Positions 1 through 7,592 of a DNA stretch of 37,596 nucleotides are shown piece by piece. Source of the stretch: an uncultured Candidatus Saccharibacteria bacterium (lineage in GTDB: Bacteria > Patescibacteriota > Minisyncoccia > Minisyncoccales > CG1-02-41-26); contig CAYYIZ010000001.1 of NCBI GenBank assembly GCA_964472105.1, positions 1-37,596 on the forward strand, written 5' to 3'. The notes under the pieces are model-generated. The model did no database searches. It was not told the DNA's origin and was given only the letters and a program-made list of their open reading frames with translations. Position 1 is the stretch's first letter. Every line of letters starts with the position of its first letter. Position numbers and translations under genes: made by a program.

Positions 1-230
1 AGGAAAATCTGTTCGCCTAATTTCTTGCGCAGGATTTTCCCCAAAATCTTTTGAATTTCGTTTAACGTTCTGCCCTGTTCGCCGATTAAAATTTGGGGCT
101 CCTCTGTTTTCAAATTCAAGGGCAGGGTATTTTCTTTAATCTCGCCGACTTCAATTTCTGTCTCAAAGGTCATCTTTTCAAAAAATTCTTCAACGATTTT
201 TTTAATTTTTCCTTTGTTCAAGTTGGACAT
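1..230 (-). CDS. jag: Jag/KhpB-like KH/R3H RNA-binding protein (5' part only, runs off the window)
   Basis: Manual translation from ATG at 230-228 gives MSNLNKGKIKKIVEEFFEKM...PQILIGEQGRTLNEIQKILGKIL. This contains the KH-type LIGxxGxTLxxxQ motif. It sits directly downstream of yidC as in the conserved yidC-jag pair, and its start overlaps the yidC 3' end. Confidence 0.6.
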   Translation of the reverse strand, partial: MSNLNKGKIKKIVEEFFEKMTFETEIEVGEIKENTLPLNLKTEEPQILIGEQGRTLNEIQKILGKILRKKLGEQIF

Positions 231-933
231 GTCTTTTTCGAACTAAATAATGTTCGCCGATGGAAAACAACGTGCTGACAATCCAGTAAAGTCCGATAAT
301 TGAACCTAACTTCCAAACAATAAAGATGGTGAAAATCGGAAAGAAATAAAGCATCTGGGACTGCATCATTGAGGCGAACTCCCCCTTCTTTGTCTTTTGT
401 TTGGGCAGAGCTATTTTTGACTGGATGAATTGCAAAACGCCCGCAACCACCGCCAATGCAAGATTTGATTTGCCAAGATTGAGCAGCCCTAAAAAACTAA
501 GGTTTATTGCTTCGGGGTAGGGAACAAAACTGTAAAGAGACGTTTTCAAGGCTTCCGGGGAAAAATCTTTTAGAAAAAAGAAAACCCGATACAGAGCGAT
601 AAGTATGGGCAATTGCAAAAGAATGGGCAAACAACCGGAAAAAGGGCTAATTTTTTCTTGGCGGTAAAGCTCCATTGTTGCTTTGGCTAGTTTCTCCCTT
701 TCTCCTTTGTATTTTTGCTGAAGTTCTTTTACTTTCGGCTGAAGGGCATTCAATGCCCTCTGCGACTTGATAGCTTTTATTGAAGAGGGGTGGAGAATCA
801 CTCTGATAATCAAGGTAAAAACAATTACCGCCACTCCGAAATCTTGGCCCGGCAGATAATTGTATATCAAGATTAAGCCGTTTAATAACGGCTGATACAA
901 AACTATGTTAAAAAAGCTTATTATGGCGCCCAT
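202..933 (-). CDS. yidC: membrane protein insertase YidC (short form)
   Basis: 243 aa multi-TM ORF with a YidC/Oxa1-like core (PLLNGLILIYN, RVILHPSSIKAIKSQRALNALQPKVKELQQKY, SPFSGCLPILLQLPILIALY). Conserved rpmH-rnpA-yidD-yidC context. Confidence 0.9.
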   Translation of the reverse strand: MGAIISFFNIVLYQPLLNGLILIYNYLPGQDFGVAVIVFTLIIRVILHPSSIKAIKSQRALNALQPKVKELQQKYKGEREKLAKATMELYRQEKISPFSGCLPILLQLPILIALYRVFFFLKDFSPEALKTSLYSFVPYPEAINLSFLGLLNLGKSNLALAVVAGVLQFIQSKIALPKQKTKKGEFASMMQSQMLYFFPIFTIFIVWKLGSIIGLYWIVSTLFSIGEHYLVRKRHVQLEQRKN

Positions 934-946
934 ATGTTATAAATTT

Positions 947-1156
947 TCACGGAAGGTCCACTCCTCCTCTATTGAAGGGGTTGCATCTTAAAATCCTCCA
1001 ACAAGAAAACAGCACTCCTTTTAATGTTCCATATTTTTTAATTGCCAAGATGCTGTACTGGGAGCAAGAGGGATAAAAACGGCAATTTTCTCCCAATAAG
1101 GGAGAAATAAACTTCTGGTAAAATCCAATGGCTTTGTAAAATACCTTTTTAATCAT
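947..1156 (-). CDS. yidD: membrane protein insertion efficiency factor YidD
   Basis: 69 aa with the hallmark [22 protein letters not shown]...RCNPFxxGGxD motif. Located between rnpA and yidC. Confidence 0.9.
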   Translation of the reverse strand: MIKKVFYKAIGFYQKFISPLLGENCRFYPSCSQYSILAIKKYGTLKGVLFSCWRILRCNPFNRGGVDLP

Positions 1157-1496
1157 TTTTCAATAATTTAGCTTTTTTAAGAAGCTCTTTAATTGCTTCT
1201 TTAAGTTCTGAAAATTCTTTCTCTTCGCTTCCTTTTTTGCTAAAAAAAATTAAATCGTAACCCGATTTTATTTTTGGCAAATATGTTTTAGCCGCCTCTC
1301 TTAATCTTCTTTTCAGTTTATTGCGAACAACCGCCTTTTTTGAAATTTTCTTCCCGACGGCAAAACCAATTCTTGATATCCCTAAATCGTTTTTTAAAAA
1401 CTTTTATACTAAAAAATCCTTTGAAGGGCTTTTCCCTTGCTTAACTATTTTCTCAAAATCTTTCTCCTTTTTTAATCTATATTCTTTAGGCAGCAT
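1149..1496 (-). pseudogene. rnpA: ribonuclease P protein component RnpA, single frame interrupted by an in-frame TAA (codon 31, nt 1406-1404)
   Basis: Manual reverse-complement translation gives MLPKEYRLKKEKDFEKIVKQGKSPSKDFLV*KFLKNDLGISRIGFAVGKKISKKAVVRNKLKRRLREAAK...KAKLLKND. The conserved RnpA basic motif (KKAVVRNKLKRRLRE) lies downstream of the stop in the same frame. 348 nt is 116 codons. The stop overlaps the yidD start. Absent from the ORF track because of the internal stop. Confidence 0.75.
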
Positions 1497-1501
1497 CGGG
1501 C

Positions 1502-1636
1502 TCAGACTGTTAACTTTTTCCTTTTCTTTCTCCTTCTTTGGGCAATAATTTTTCTTCCGTCTTTTGTTCTCATCCTGATAAGAAACCCGTGGGTCCTCTT
1601 TCTTTTTTTCTTTTTAGGCTGGTAAGTAATACTCAT
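1502..1636 (-). CDS. rpmH: 50S ribosomal protein L34
   Basis: Manual translation gives [44 protein letters not shown], stop TGA. This matches the L34 signature TYQPxxxKRxxxHGFxxRM. An alternative in-frame ATG at 1645 would add 3 codons. Too short for the ORF track. Confidence 0.9.
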   Translation of the reverse strand: MSITYQPKKKKRKRTHGFLIRMRTKDGRKIIAQRRRKKRKKLTV

Positions 1637-1671
1637 ATCTCTCATATTAAGATTTAATCTTTACTTAGTCA

Positions 1672-1739
1672 ACCCCGTTAGAAATTTTTGATATATCCCT
1701 ATGCGCGTTAAATATTGTCTGTAAAATTTCTAACGGGGT
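1672..1739. repeat. perfect 17-bp inverted repeat (accccgttagaaatttt / aaaatttctaacggggt) with a 34-nt spacer in the rpmH-dnaA divergent intergenic region
   Basis: Arms at 1672-1688 and 1723-1739 are exact reverse complements. Both arms are followed or preceded by the direct motif gtcaaccc (1668-1675 and 1739-1746). Confidence 0.8.
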
Positions 1740-1759
1740 CAACCCTTGATTTCAACAAA

Positions 1760-1768
1760 TTATCCCCA
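1760..1768 (+). promoter_or_regulatory. DnaA-box-like 9-mer TTATCCCCA upstream of dnaA
   Basis: One mismatch from the E. coli-type consensus TTATCCACA. The same 9-mer recurs at 3316-3324 downstream of dnaA. Confidence 0.35.
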
Positions 1769-1848
1769 GTTTTTTAACAAGGAGAGAGTTTTGGTTGATT
1801 TTTATAGCTGTTTGCGCTATGTTGAGAATAGACCGATAATAAAAAATC

Positions 1849-3216
1849 ATGACCGACAAAGAACTTTGGCAATCTGTTTTGGCCCAAGTCCAATTTACCG
1901 TTTCCCGCGCTAATTTTGCTACTTGGTTTTGCAACACCGAAATTGTCTCCAACAAAAACGGCAAAGTTTTAATTTCCGTTCCCAATTCTTTTTCCAAGGA
2001 ATGGCTGGGCAACAAATACTATTCACTTATTTTAAAAATTCTCCGGTCGCTGGAGAGAGATGTTCGTTTAATGGAGTTTATTGTCAACACGGAGACCCCT
2101 CTTATTATAAAAAAAAGAGTCTCTTCCCCAGAAAAACAAAAGGTCGTTGACGACTCCCAGCTTCAATTTTTAGAATTCAAGGTCAACCAAAAAACCAACC
2201 TTAATCCTCGTTATACTTTTAATAATTTTGTAGTTGGGGGATTTAATGAGTTAGCTCATGCTGCCGGCTGGGCAATTTCTGAAAACCCGGGCGTCAACTA
2301 TAACCCTCTTTTTATTTACGGAGGAGTTGGTTTGGGAAAAACTCATCTTCTCCAGGCAATCGGCAATAGAATCGCCAGCTTGTTCCCCGAAAAAGAAGTT
2401 AAATATACTCCTTCGGAAAACTTTATCTCAGGGCTTGTTGAATCAATAAAAAATCAAGAAACCGGAGAGTTTAAAAAGAAGCTCCGGAAAATTGACATTT
2501 TGATTATGGACGACGTCCAGTTTCTTGCCGGCAAAGAAAAAACCCAAGAAGAATTTTTTCATATATTTAATTCTTTTTACCAAAATCAAAAGCAGATAGT
2601 TTTATCTTCTGACCGTCCGCCAAACGCCATCCCGGCCCTTGAAGAAAGATTGAGGTCACGGTTCGCCGGAGGAATGATGGCCGACATTGGAAGTCCCGAT
2701 ATTGAAACAAGAATCGCTATCTTGAAATCCAAGTGCGAAGGAAAAGATATTAATTTAAGCCAGGACGTCTTGGAGTACATTGCCTCAAACATCCAAAGCA
2801 ACATAAGAGAGATGGAGGGAGCCCTTAACCGATTAGTTGTTTTCCAAAAAATAAACCAAAAGATGCCCGACGTCCAGGTCGCTAGAAAACTATTAAGAAG
2901 CTTAATCCTCTCCCCCAAAAAGGCCACCAGCTTCAAAAAGATAATGGGGACAGTTTCCTCTTTCTACGACCTGGAGGACAAAGACCTTCTTTTGGCAACC
3001 CGCCGAAAAGAAATCGTCAAACCCAGACAAATCGCCATGTATTTGCTCCGCCAAGAACTCAAGGAGTCATATCCCTCTATCGGAAGAAAATTCAAAGGGA
3101 AAGACCACACCACGGCTATTTATGCTTGCGAAAAAATAACAAAGCAGATTAAAGAAGACGACGGTCTCTTGACTGAAATTAATTTAATAAAACAACGCCT
3201 TTATAGTGAGGTGTGA
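1849..3216 (+). CDS. dnaA: chromosomal replication initiator protein DnaA
   Basis: 455 aa. N-terminal WQSVLAQV...NFATWF, AAA+ Walker A GGVGLGKTHLLQAIG, Walker B ILIMDDVQFL, sensor NIREMEGAL, C-terminal DNA-binding helix KDHTTAIYACEKI. Stop is TGA. Confidence 0.97.
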   Translation: MTDKELWQSVLAQVQFTVSRANFATWFCNTEIVSNKNGKVLISVPNSFSKEWLGNKYYSLILKILRSLERDVRLMEFIVNTETPLIIKKRVSSPEKQKVVDDSQLQFLEFKVNQKTNLNPRYTFNNFVVGGFNELAHAAGWAISENPGVNYNPLFIYGGVGLGKTHLLQAIGNRIASLFPEKEVKYTPSENFISGLVESIKNQETGEFKKKLRKIDILIMDDVQFLAGKEKTQEEFFHIFNSFYQNQKQIVLSSDRPPNAIPALEERLRSRFAGGMMADIGSPDIETRIAILKSKCEGKDINLSQDVLEYIASNIQSNIREMEGALNRLVVFQKINQKMPDVQVARKLLRSLILSPKKATSFKKIMGTVSSFYDLEDKDLLLATRRKEIVKPRQIAMYLLRQELKESYPSIGRKFKGKDHTTAIYACEKITKQIKEDDGLLTEINLIKQRLYSEV

Positions 3217-3440
3217 GGAATGGGCAAATAAGTTGTTGACAAACAACCTGAAAAGATGTTGATAAAATTTTACAGAAAAACAGGATAACTTCGTTCTCCC
3301 TTGAATACCCGAAAATTATCCCCAAGAAATTAACAAAACAGCACCCCTAAAACTCTTATTACTCAACCAAAAAGCCTTCTTTTTCCCCAATTGACTTCTT
3401 CTTAATAACAATATAAAATTAAATAAAACGTATTACTATT
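3217..3440. promoter_or_regulatory. candidate oriC segment (dnaA-dnaN intergenic) with DnaA-box-like sites and an AT-rich tract
   Basis: 224-bp non-coding gap. TTATCAACA on the minus strand at 3257-3265 (1 mismatch), TTATCCTGT on the minus strand at 3280-3288 (2 mismatches), TTATCCCCA at 3316-3324 (1 mismatch). Very AT-rich tract at about 3395-3440. Confidence 0.4.
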
Positions 3441-4565
3441 ATGAAAGTGGAAGTTCTAAAAGAAAACCTAAAAAAAGCGATTAATATTTGCGAAAGAATA
3501 ACCAAAAAAACCATCTCCTTGCCCGTTTTGACAAATGTTTTACTAAAAGCCGAAGGCAACTTTCTTGAGTTAATCACTACCAATCTTGAAACTACTATCC
3601 GTTGGTGGGTTTTAGCTAAAATTGAAAAACCCGGCACCTTGTTGGTTGGAGCCACTTTTCTTTCAAATTTGGTTGATTTAATTACCGAACAAAAAATAGA
3701 GCTAAAAGAAAATAACAGGAATTTAATAATAACCACTAAAAACCAAGATACTCAGGTCCAGGGGCAGAACCCCGAAGAGTTCCCGATTATCCCCAAGATT
3801 GAAAGAGAAACTCCTTTCCAGATTCCCATTCGGCAGCTGGATGACGGGCTATCTCAAATTGTAGACATTCCTTCTCCTTCTCAAATAAGGCCGGAGATCT
3901 CTGGCATCTTTTTTTCTTTTAAAAAAGATAAATTAAGGCTTGTTAGTACTGACAGCTTTAGGCTGGGAGAGAAAGTGATTGATTTGGGGCGAGAAGTAGA
4001 AAAAGATACTTCTTTTATTTTGCCCCAGGAAGCAAGCAGAGAACTAATGAACGTTATAAGCCAGCGGGCAGGAACTATTACCTGTTTTTCTGATGCCAAT
4101 CAAGCTGTTTTTGAGTTTCCGATGGAAGAAACTTCCCACCCTCAAATAAACGTTATTTCTCGTTTAATTGACGGAGAATACCCAAATTATCAAGAGATTA
4201 TCCCCAAGAAATTCACAACTAAAATTCAAATAGACAGAGAGCTTCTGCAAAACCAAATCAAGGAAGCCGGCTTGTTTAGTGGCAAGGTTTCGGAGGTAAA
4301 AATAACACCATTGCTAAAAGAGAAAAAAATCAAAATATTTTCCCAGAGCCCGGAGATAGGGAAAAATGAATCGTACGTGCCGGCGAAAATTGAGGGAGAG
4401 CAATTTGAAATTTCTTTTAATTACAGATTCTTAATTGACGGTTTGAACAATATCAAAAGCTCAGAGATTATTCTTGAGTTAAGCGGAGAAGAGGGCCCGG
4501 GAGTTCTCAGGCCGGTTGGGGATTCAAGTTATTCTTATGTCTTAATGCCGATAAAAGCCAGTTAA
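3441..4565 (+). CDS. dnaN: DNA polymerase III subunit beta (sliding clamp)
   Basis: 374 aa immediately after dnaA. Clamp-like N-terminus (LKENLKKAINICERI...LPVLTNVLLKAEGN), typical length and C-terminus (PGVLRP...YSYVLMPIK). Confidence 0.92.
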   Translation: MKVEVLKENLKKAINICERITKKTISLPVLTNVLLKAEGNFLELITTNLETTIRWWVLAKIEKPGTLLVGATFLSNLVDLITEQKIELKENNRNLIITTKNQDTQVQGQNPEEFPIIPKIERETPFQIPIRQLDDGLSQIVDIPSPSQIRPEISGIFFSFKKDKLRLVSTDSFRLGEKVIDLGREVEKDTSFILPQEASRELMNVISQRAGTITCFSDANQAVFEFPMEETSHPQINVISRLIDGEYPNYQEIIPKKFTTKIQIDRELLQNQIKEAGLFSGKVSEVKITPLLKEKKIKIFSQSPEIGKNESYVPAKIEGEQFEISFNYRFLIDGLNNIKSSEIILELSGEEGPGVLRPVGDSSYSYVLMPIKAS

Positions 4566-6676
4566 CGATATCTCATCCAATTAACCGCGCCATATTCCCA
4601 GTTTTCGTACTGGGGGTCTCCCCGAGAATCAGCTTTGGTTTTCGGGCTGTTTTTATTAACAAAGTGCAAAAGACAATGATTTTCAGGAAAGCTTCCGTCT
4701 AAAACAGGACTCCCTGTAACAATTTCTTGAGGTTTTTCAAACTCACTCTTGGGGAATTTCTTAAGAGCCTGGGACATGAAGTCGTGCCAAATGGGTCCCG
4801 CCAGGGCGACTCCCGGTTTTGTCATCGGAGAATTATCGTTATTGCCCACCCAAACCCCGGTCACCAACGAGGGCGTATAGCCGATTGTCCAAGCGTCATT
4901 GTATCTTTGAGTGGTGCCGGTTTTGGCAGCGGCCGTATAATCCTTCAGATAAAGATAAGAATTCCAACCAAACATCGGAGCTCGGGCCTCATTATCTGAC
5001 AGAATATCGTTTATTGTTCTCGCAACTTGAGAGGGCAGAACTCTTAATTTGTTAAGTTTCGCCTCTTCAATAATCTTGCCCTTTGAATCTTCTATTTTTT
5101 TGATGAAATTTAAGGGAAGTTTTTCCCCGTCATTGGCAAAAACTCCATAAGCTTGAACCATTTCCAAAAGTTTTAGTTCTCCTCCTCCCAAAACCAAAGC
5201 CAGACCATAAGTTCCTTCATCTTTTAAGGTGGTTATGCCAAAAGTGTGGGCAAGGTCTATTGTCTCTTTCACCCCGGCCAGATAAAGAACCTTTACCGAG
5301 GGCAGATTTCGCGACTGAGCCAAGGCGGTTTTAAGAGTTACTTGTCCCAAAAATCTACCATCGTAATTGCCCGGGTGATAACACTTCAAGCCATATTCAT
5401 CTTTGGTTTGGTCGGCTGTTGGGGGGCAGTCAGGGTTGAATTCGGTAGGAACGTCCCAGATTACCGTTTGGGGAGTGAAACCTTTTTGGAAGGCCTCAGC
5501 ATAAACAAAAGGTTTGAAAGCGGAGCCGGGTTGGCGCAAGCTCAAAGAAACGTTTACTTCCGGGTCAAATTTGCAGCCTTCTTCGCCGCACTCCTCAGAT
5601 TCTCCGTGCCAATCTTTTGACCCGACCATAGCCAAAACCTCGCCTGTCTTTGGATTTAAGCTGACCAAAGCACCGTTGTGAGCGTTATATATTTTTAAAC
5701 GTTCCAACTGGTCCTCTATTATTTCCTCGGCTTTTTCCTGCAAATCGGCATCCAAAGTGGTGTAAATTTTTAAGCCGGCTCTTTCTAAAAAATCTTTGCC
5801 ATATCTACTTTCTAAATACGGTTTAACGCACGTTAAGACAAAATGAGGCGCCCGAATAGGACTTAAGACAAGAGAAAACTCAATCTCCTCTATCTTTGCT
5901 TTTTCTGCCTCCTCTTGAGAAATGAAGTTTTCCTGCCTCATTCTGTCTATAACGTAATCTTTTCTTGCCAGGAGCCCCTCTCGATTTGAGCCATAAGGCC
6001 AAAGGTAAGAAGGGGACTTGATTAAAGCGGCTATGACGGCGGCTTCTGGCAGAGAAATATCGGAGATATGTTTTTTAAAGAAAGTTTGAGAAACCGCTTC
6101 AACCCCGTAAAGATTTCCCCCTAAAGGAATTAAGTTTAAATACCATTCCAATATCTGGTCTTTTGAGTATCTCCTTTCAAGCTCTAAAGTTAAAATAATT
6201 TCTCTGGTTTTTCTTTCCAGGGTTTTCTTTCTGGTTAAAAAATAAGAGCGGATTAATTGCTGAGTGATTGTTGAACCTCCATGGGTAGGTTTGCCTAATT
6301 CTAAATCAATCAAAATAGCCCTGAAGATTGCTCCCAAATCCAATCCCCGGTGCTCATAAAAGTTTTTGTCTTCAGTAGCAATTACTGCCAATTTAAGCTC
6401 TTCTGGTATTTCTTCCAAAGAGACCAAGGTTCTTTTTTCCTCGCCGGCAATTTCATACAACAGAACCTCTCCGGTTCTATCGTAGATTTTTGTTGACTGG
6501 GGAATTACTCCTTCGGTGAACTTTTCCGGTCTTGGCAGGTCTTTTATGTAATAAATAAAAAGGCCGGCGGTCAAAAGAAAGAAAGAAAGAAAGATAATTC
6601 CTAAAATCTCCAGAAATATTTTTAATCCCCTTCTCTTTTTTTTGTAAATTTTTCTTCGTTGTTTTCTCTCAACCAT
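4562..6676 (-). CDS. class A penicillin-binding protein (bifunctional glycosyltransferase/transpeptidase, PBP1A family)
   Basis: 704 aa with an N-terminal TM anchor. GT51 motifs ATEDKNFYEHRGLD and GGSTITQQL. Transpeptidase motifs SAFKP (SxxK), SRN (SxN), KTGT. Confidence 0.9.
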   Translation of the reverse strand: MVERKQRRKIYKKKRRGLKIFLEILGIIFLSFFLLTAGLFIYYIKDLPRPEKFTEGVIPQSTKIYDRTGEVLLYEIAGEEKRTLVSLEEIPEELKLAVIATEDKNFYEHRGLDLGAIFRAILIDLELGKPTHGGSTITQQLIRSYFLTRKKTLERKTREIILTLELERRYSKDQILEWYLNLIPLGGNLYGVEAVSQTFFKKHISDISLPEAAVIAALIKSPSYLWPYGSNREGLLARKDYVIDRMRQENFISQEEAEKAKIEEIEFSLVLSPIRAPHFVLTCVKPYLESRYGKDFLERAGLKIYTTLDADLQEKAEEIIEDQLERLKIYNAHNGALVSLNPKTGEVLAMVGSKDWHGESEECGEEGCKFDPEVNVSLSLRQPGSAFKPFVYAEAFQKGFTPQTVIWDVPTEFNPDCPPTADQTKDEYGLKCYHPGNYDGRFLGQVTLKTALAQSRNLPSVKVLYLAGVKETIDLAHTFGITTLKDEGTYGLALVLGGGELKLLEMVQAYGVFANDGEKLPLNFIKKIEDSKGKIIEEAKLNKLRVLPSQVARTINDILSDNEARAPMFGWNSYLYLKDYTAAAKTGTTQRYNDAWTIGYTPSLVTGVWVGNNDNSPMTKPGVALAGPIWHDFMSQALKKFPKSEFEKPQEIVTGSPVLDGSFPENHCLLHFVNKNSPKTKADSRGDPQYENWEYGAVNWMRYR

Positions 6677-6720
6677 AATTTATTGGCACTCTTTTATCAT
6701 AGCTTAAAATCGTCTAATCC

Positions 6721-6746
6721 AAAACCCCGCTGCGAAGCGGGGTTTT
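6721..6746. terminator. bidirectional Rho-independent terminator hairpin (aaaa-ccccgct-gcga-agcgggg-tttt)
   Basis: 7-bp GC-rich stem 6725-6731 / 6736-6742 with a 4-nt loop, flanked by an A4 and a T4 run. Lies 7 nt downstream of the stop of the minus-strand acidic ORF and upstream of the PBP gene. Confidence 0.75.
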
Positions 6747-6752
6747 GAGTGA

Positions 6753-6983
6753 TTATAACTCTTGGTCAGTGCTTTCGTCTCCTCCTGTCGCTGCTTCTCC
6801 TCCTTCTTCGCTTGTTTCTTCGTCTTCTCCTTTGTCTCCTTCAGTTTGAGAAACGGGCTCGTCTGTTCCTTCAGTTGTCTCTTCTTTTTCTTCTCCCTCT
6901 CCTCCAGCATCTTCTCCTTCTGTTTTTTCTGTGTCTTCATCTTGACTGTAGAGTTTTGTTAAAGTTTCGTCTTCAAATTTCAT
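6753..6983 (-). CDS. small, extremely acidic Glu/Asp/Gly/Thr-rich protein (76 aa), unknown function
   Basis: Chosen over the overlapping 6704..6940 basic ORF because that frame reads through the terminator hairpin. This ORF is bracketed by a consensus promoter (TTGACA-16-TATAAT on the minus strand, 7089-7062) and the terminator at 6721-6746. Confidence 0.55.
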   Translation of the reverse strand: MKFEDETLTKLYSQDEDTEKTEGEDAGGEGEEKEETTEGTDEPVSQTEGDKGEDEETSEEGGEAATGGDESTDQEL

Positions 6984-7061
6984 ATATGATTATGATTAAA
7001 CCAATTGGAAGTTTCTAATTGGCTCGCTATCAAGTGCGACCTTTTTTGCGCTATATCAAAG

Positions 7062-7089
7062 ATTATACATTTTCAAAAAGTTATGTCAA
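7062..7089 (-). promoter_or_regulatory. consensus sigma70-type promoter TTGACA-16 nt-TATAAT reading toward the acidic ORF
   Basis: On the minus strand the -35 TTGACA is at 7089-7084 (overlapping the ruvC stop codon), the spacer is 16 nt, and the -10 TATAAT is at 7067-7062. Confidence 0.55.
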
Positions 7090-7592
7090 GAGGTTTTATA
7101 ATATTTAGCAAGACAGCAAACAGCAATGGCCAGTCCATCGGCCGCATCGTCCGGTTTGGGAATTTCTTTCAGCTTTAAAATTTCTTTTATCATCCGGGCA
7201 ACCTGCTTTTTGTCGGCTCTTCCGTATCCGCAAATCCCCATTTTTACTTCAAGAGGAGTGAGCTGTTGGACTTTTATTTTCTTTTTGGCGGCTGCCAGTA
7301 GAATTACTCCTTTAGCTTCGCTTACCGGGAGAGCTGTTTTTAGATTCTTAAAAAAATAAAGCCGTTCCACGGCCATTATCTCGGGCTTGTATTGATTCAG
7401 TAAGCGAGAAAGTTCAAGATATAATCTTTTCAATCTATTTTCTGGCGATAAAGAAGGACTGGTGCGGATAGCTCCGTAATCTAAACACTTTAAGCTGCTT
7501 TTGGCTTTTGTTTTTGGGCCCTTGATGCTTTTGACGACCCCATAGCCGGTCGTTGCCGTGCCTGGATCAATGCCTATAATAACCATAATCAC
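7086..7592 (-). CDS. ruvC: crossover junction endodeoxyribonuclease RuvC
   Basis: 168 aa. N-terminal IIGIDPGTATTGYGVV catalytic Asp motif and C-terminal DAADGLAIAVC motif. Start overlaps the yebC stop by 4 nt. Confidence 0.9.
   Translation of the reverse strand: MIMVIIGIDPGTATTGYGVVKSIKGPKTKAKSSLKCLDYGAIRTSPSLSPENRLKRLYLELSRLLNQYKPEIMAVERLYFFKNLKTALPVSEAKGVILLAAAKKKIKVQQLTPLEVKMGICGYGRADKKQVARMIKEILKLKEIPKPDDAADGLAIAVCCLAKYYKTS

Noticed and set aside
93-278. Plus-strand 61-aa ORF at the window start.
   Set aside because: It lies antisense to the jag and yidC coding sequences and has a Phe/Asn-rich composition typical of the reverse frame of an AT-rich gene.
1404-1406. Alternative genetic code as the explanation for the in-frame stop in rnpA.
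   Set aside because: TGA terminates dnaA and rpmH, and TAA terminates many well-conserved genes at their expected ends (yidD, dnaN, the Mur ligase, rnpA itself). There is therefore no sign of code 25/4 or of TAA reassignment.
6704-7018. Overlapping ORFs in the low-complexity stretch: the basic 78-aa ORF 6704..6940 (-), and the Leu/Phe/Ser-rich plus-strand ORFs 6749..7018 and 6762..6962.
   Set aside because: All are alternative or mirror frames of the same purine-rich repeat region. The 6704..6940 frame has to read through the GC-rich terminator hairpin (its C-terminus PRFAAGFWIRRF is encoded by the stem). The plus-strand frames have no promoter or SD, and their composition is typical of antisense artefacts.
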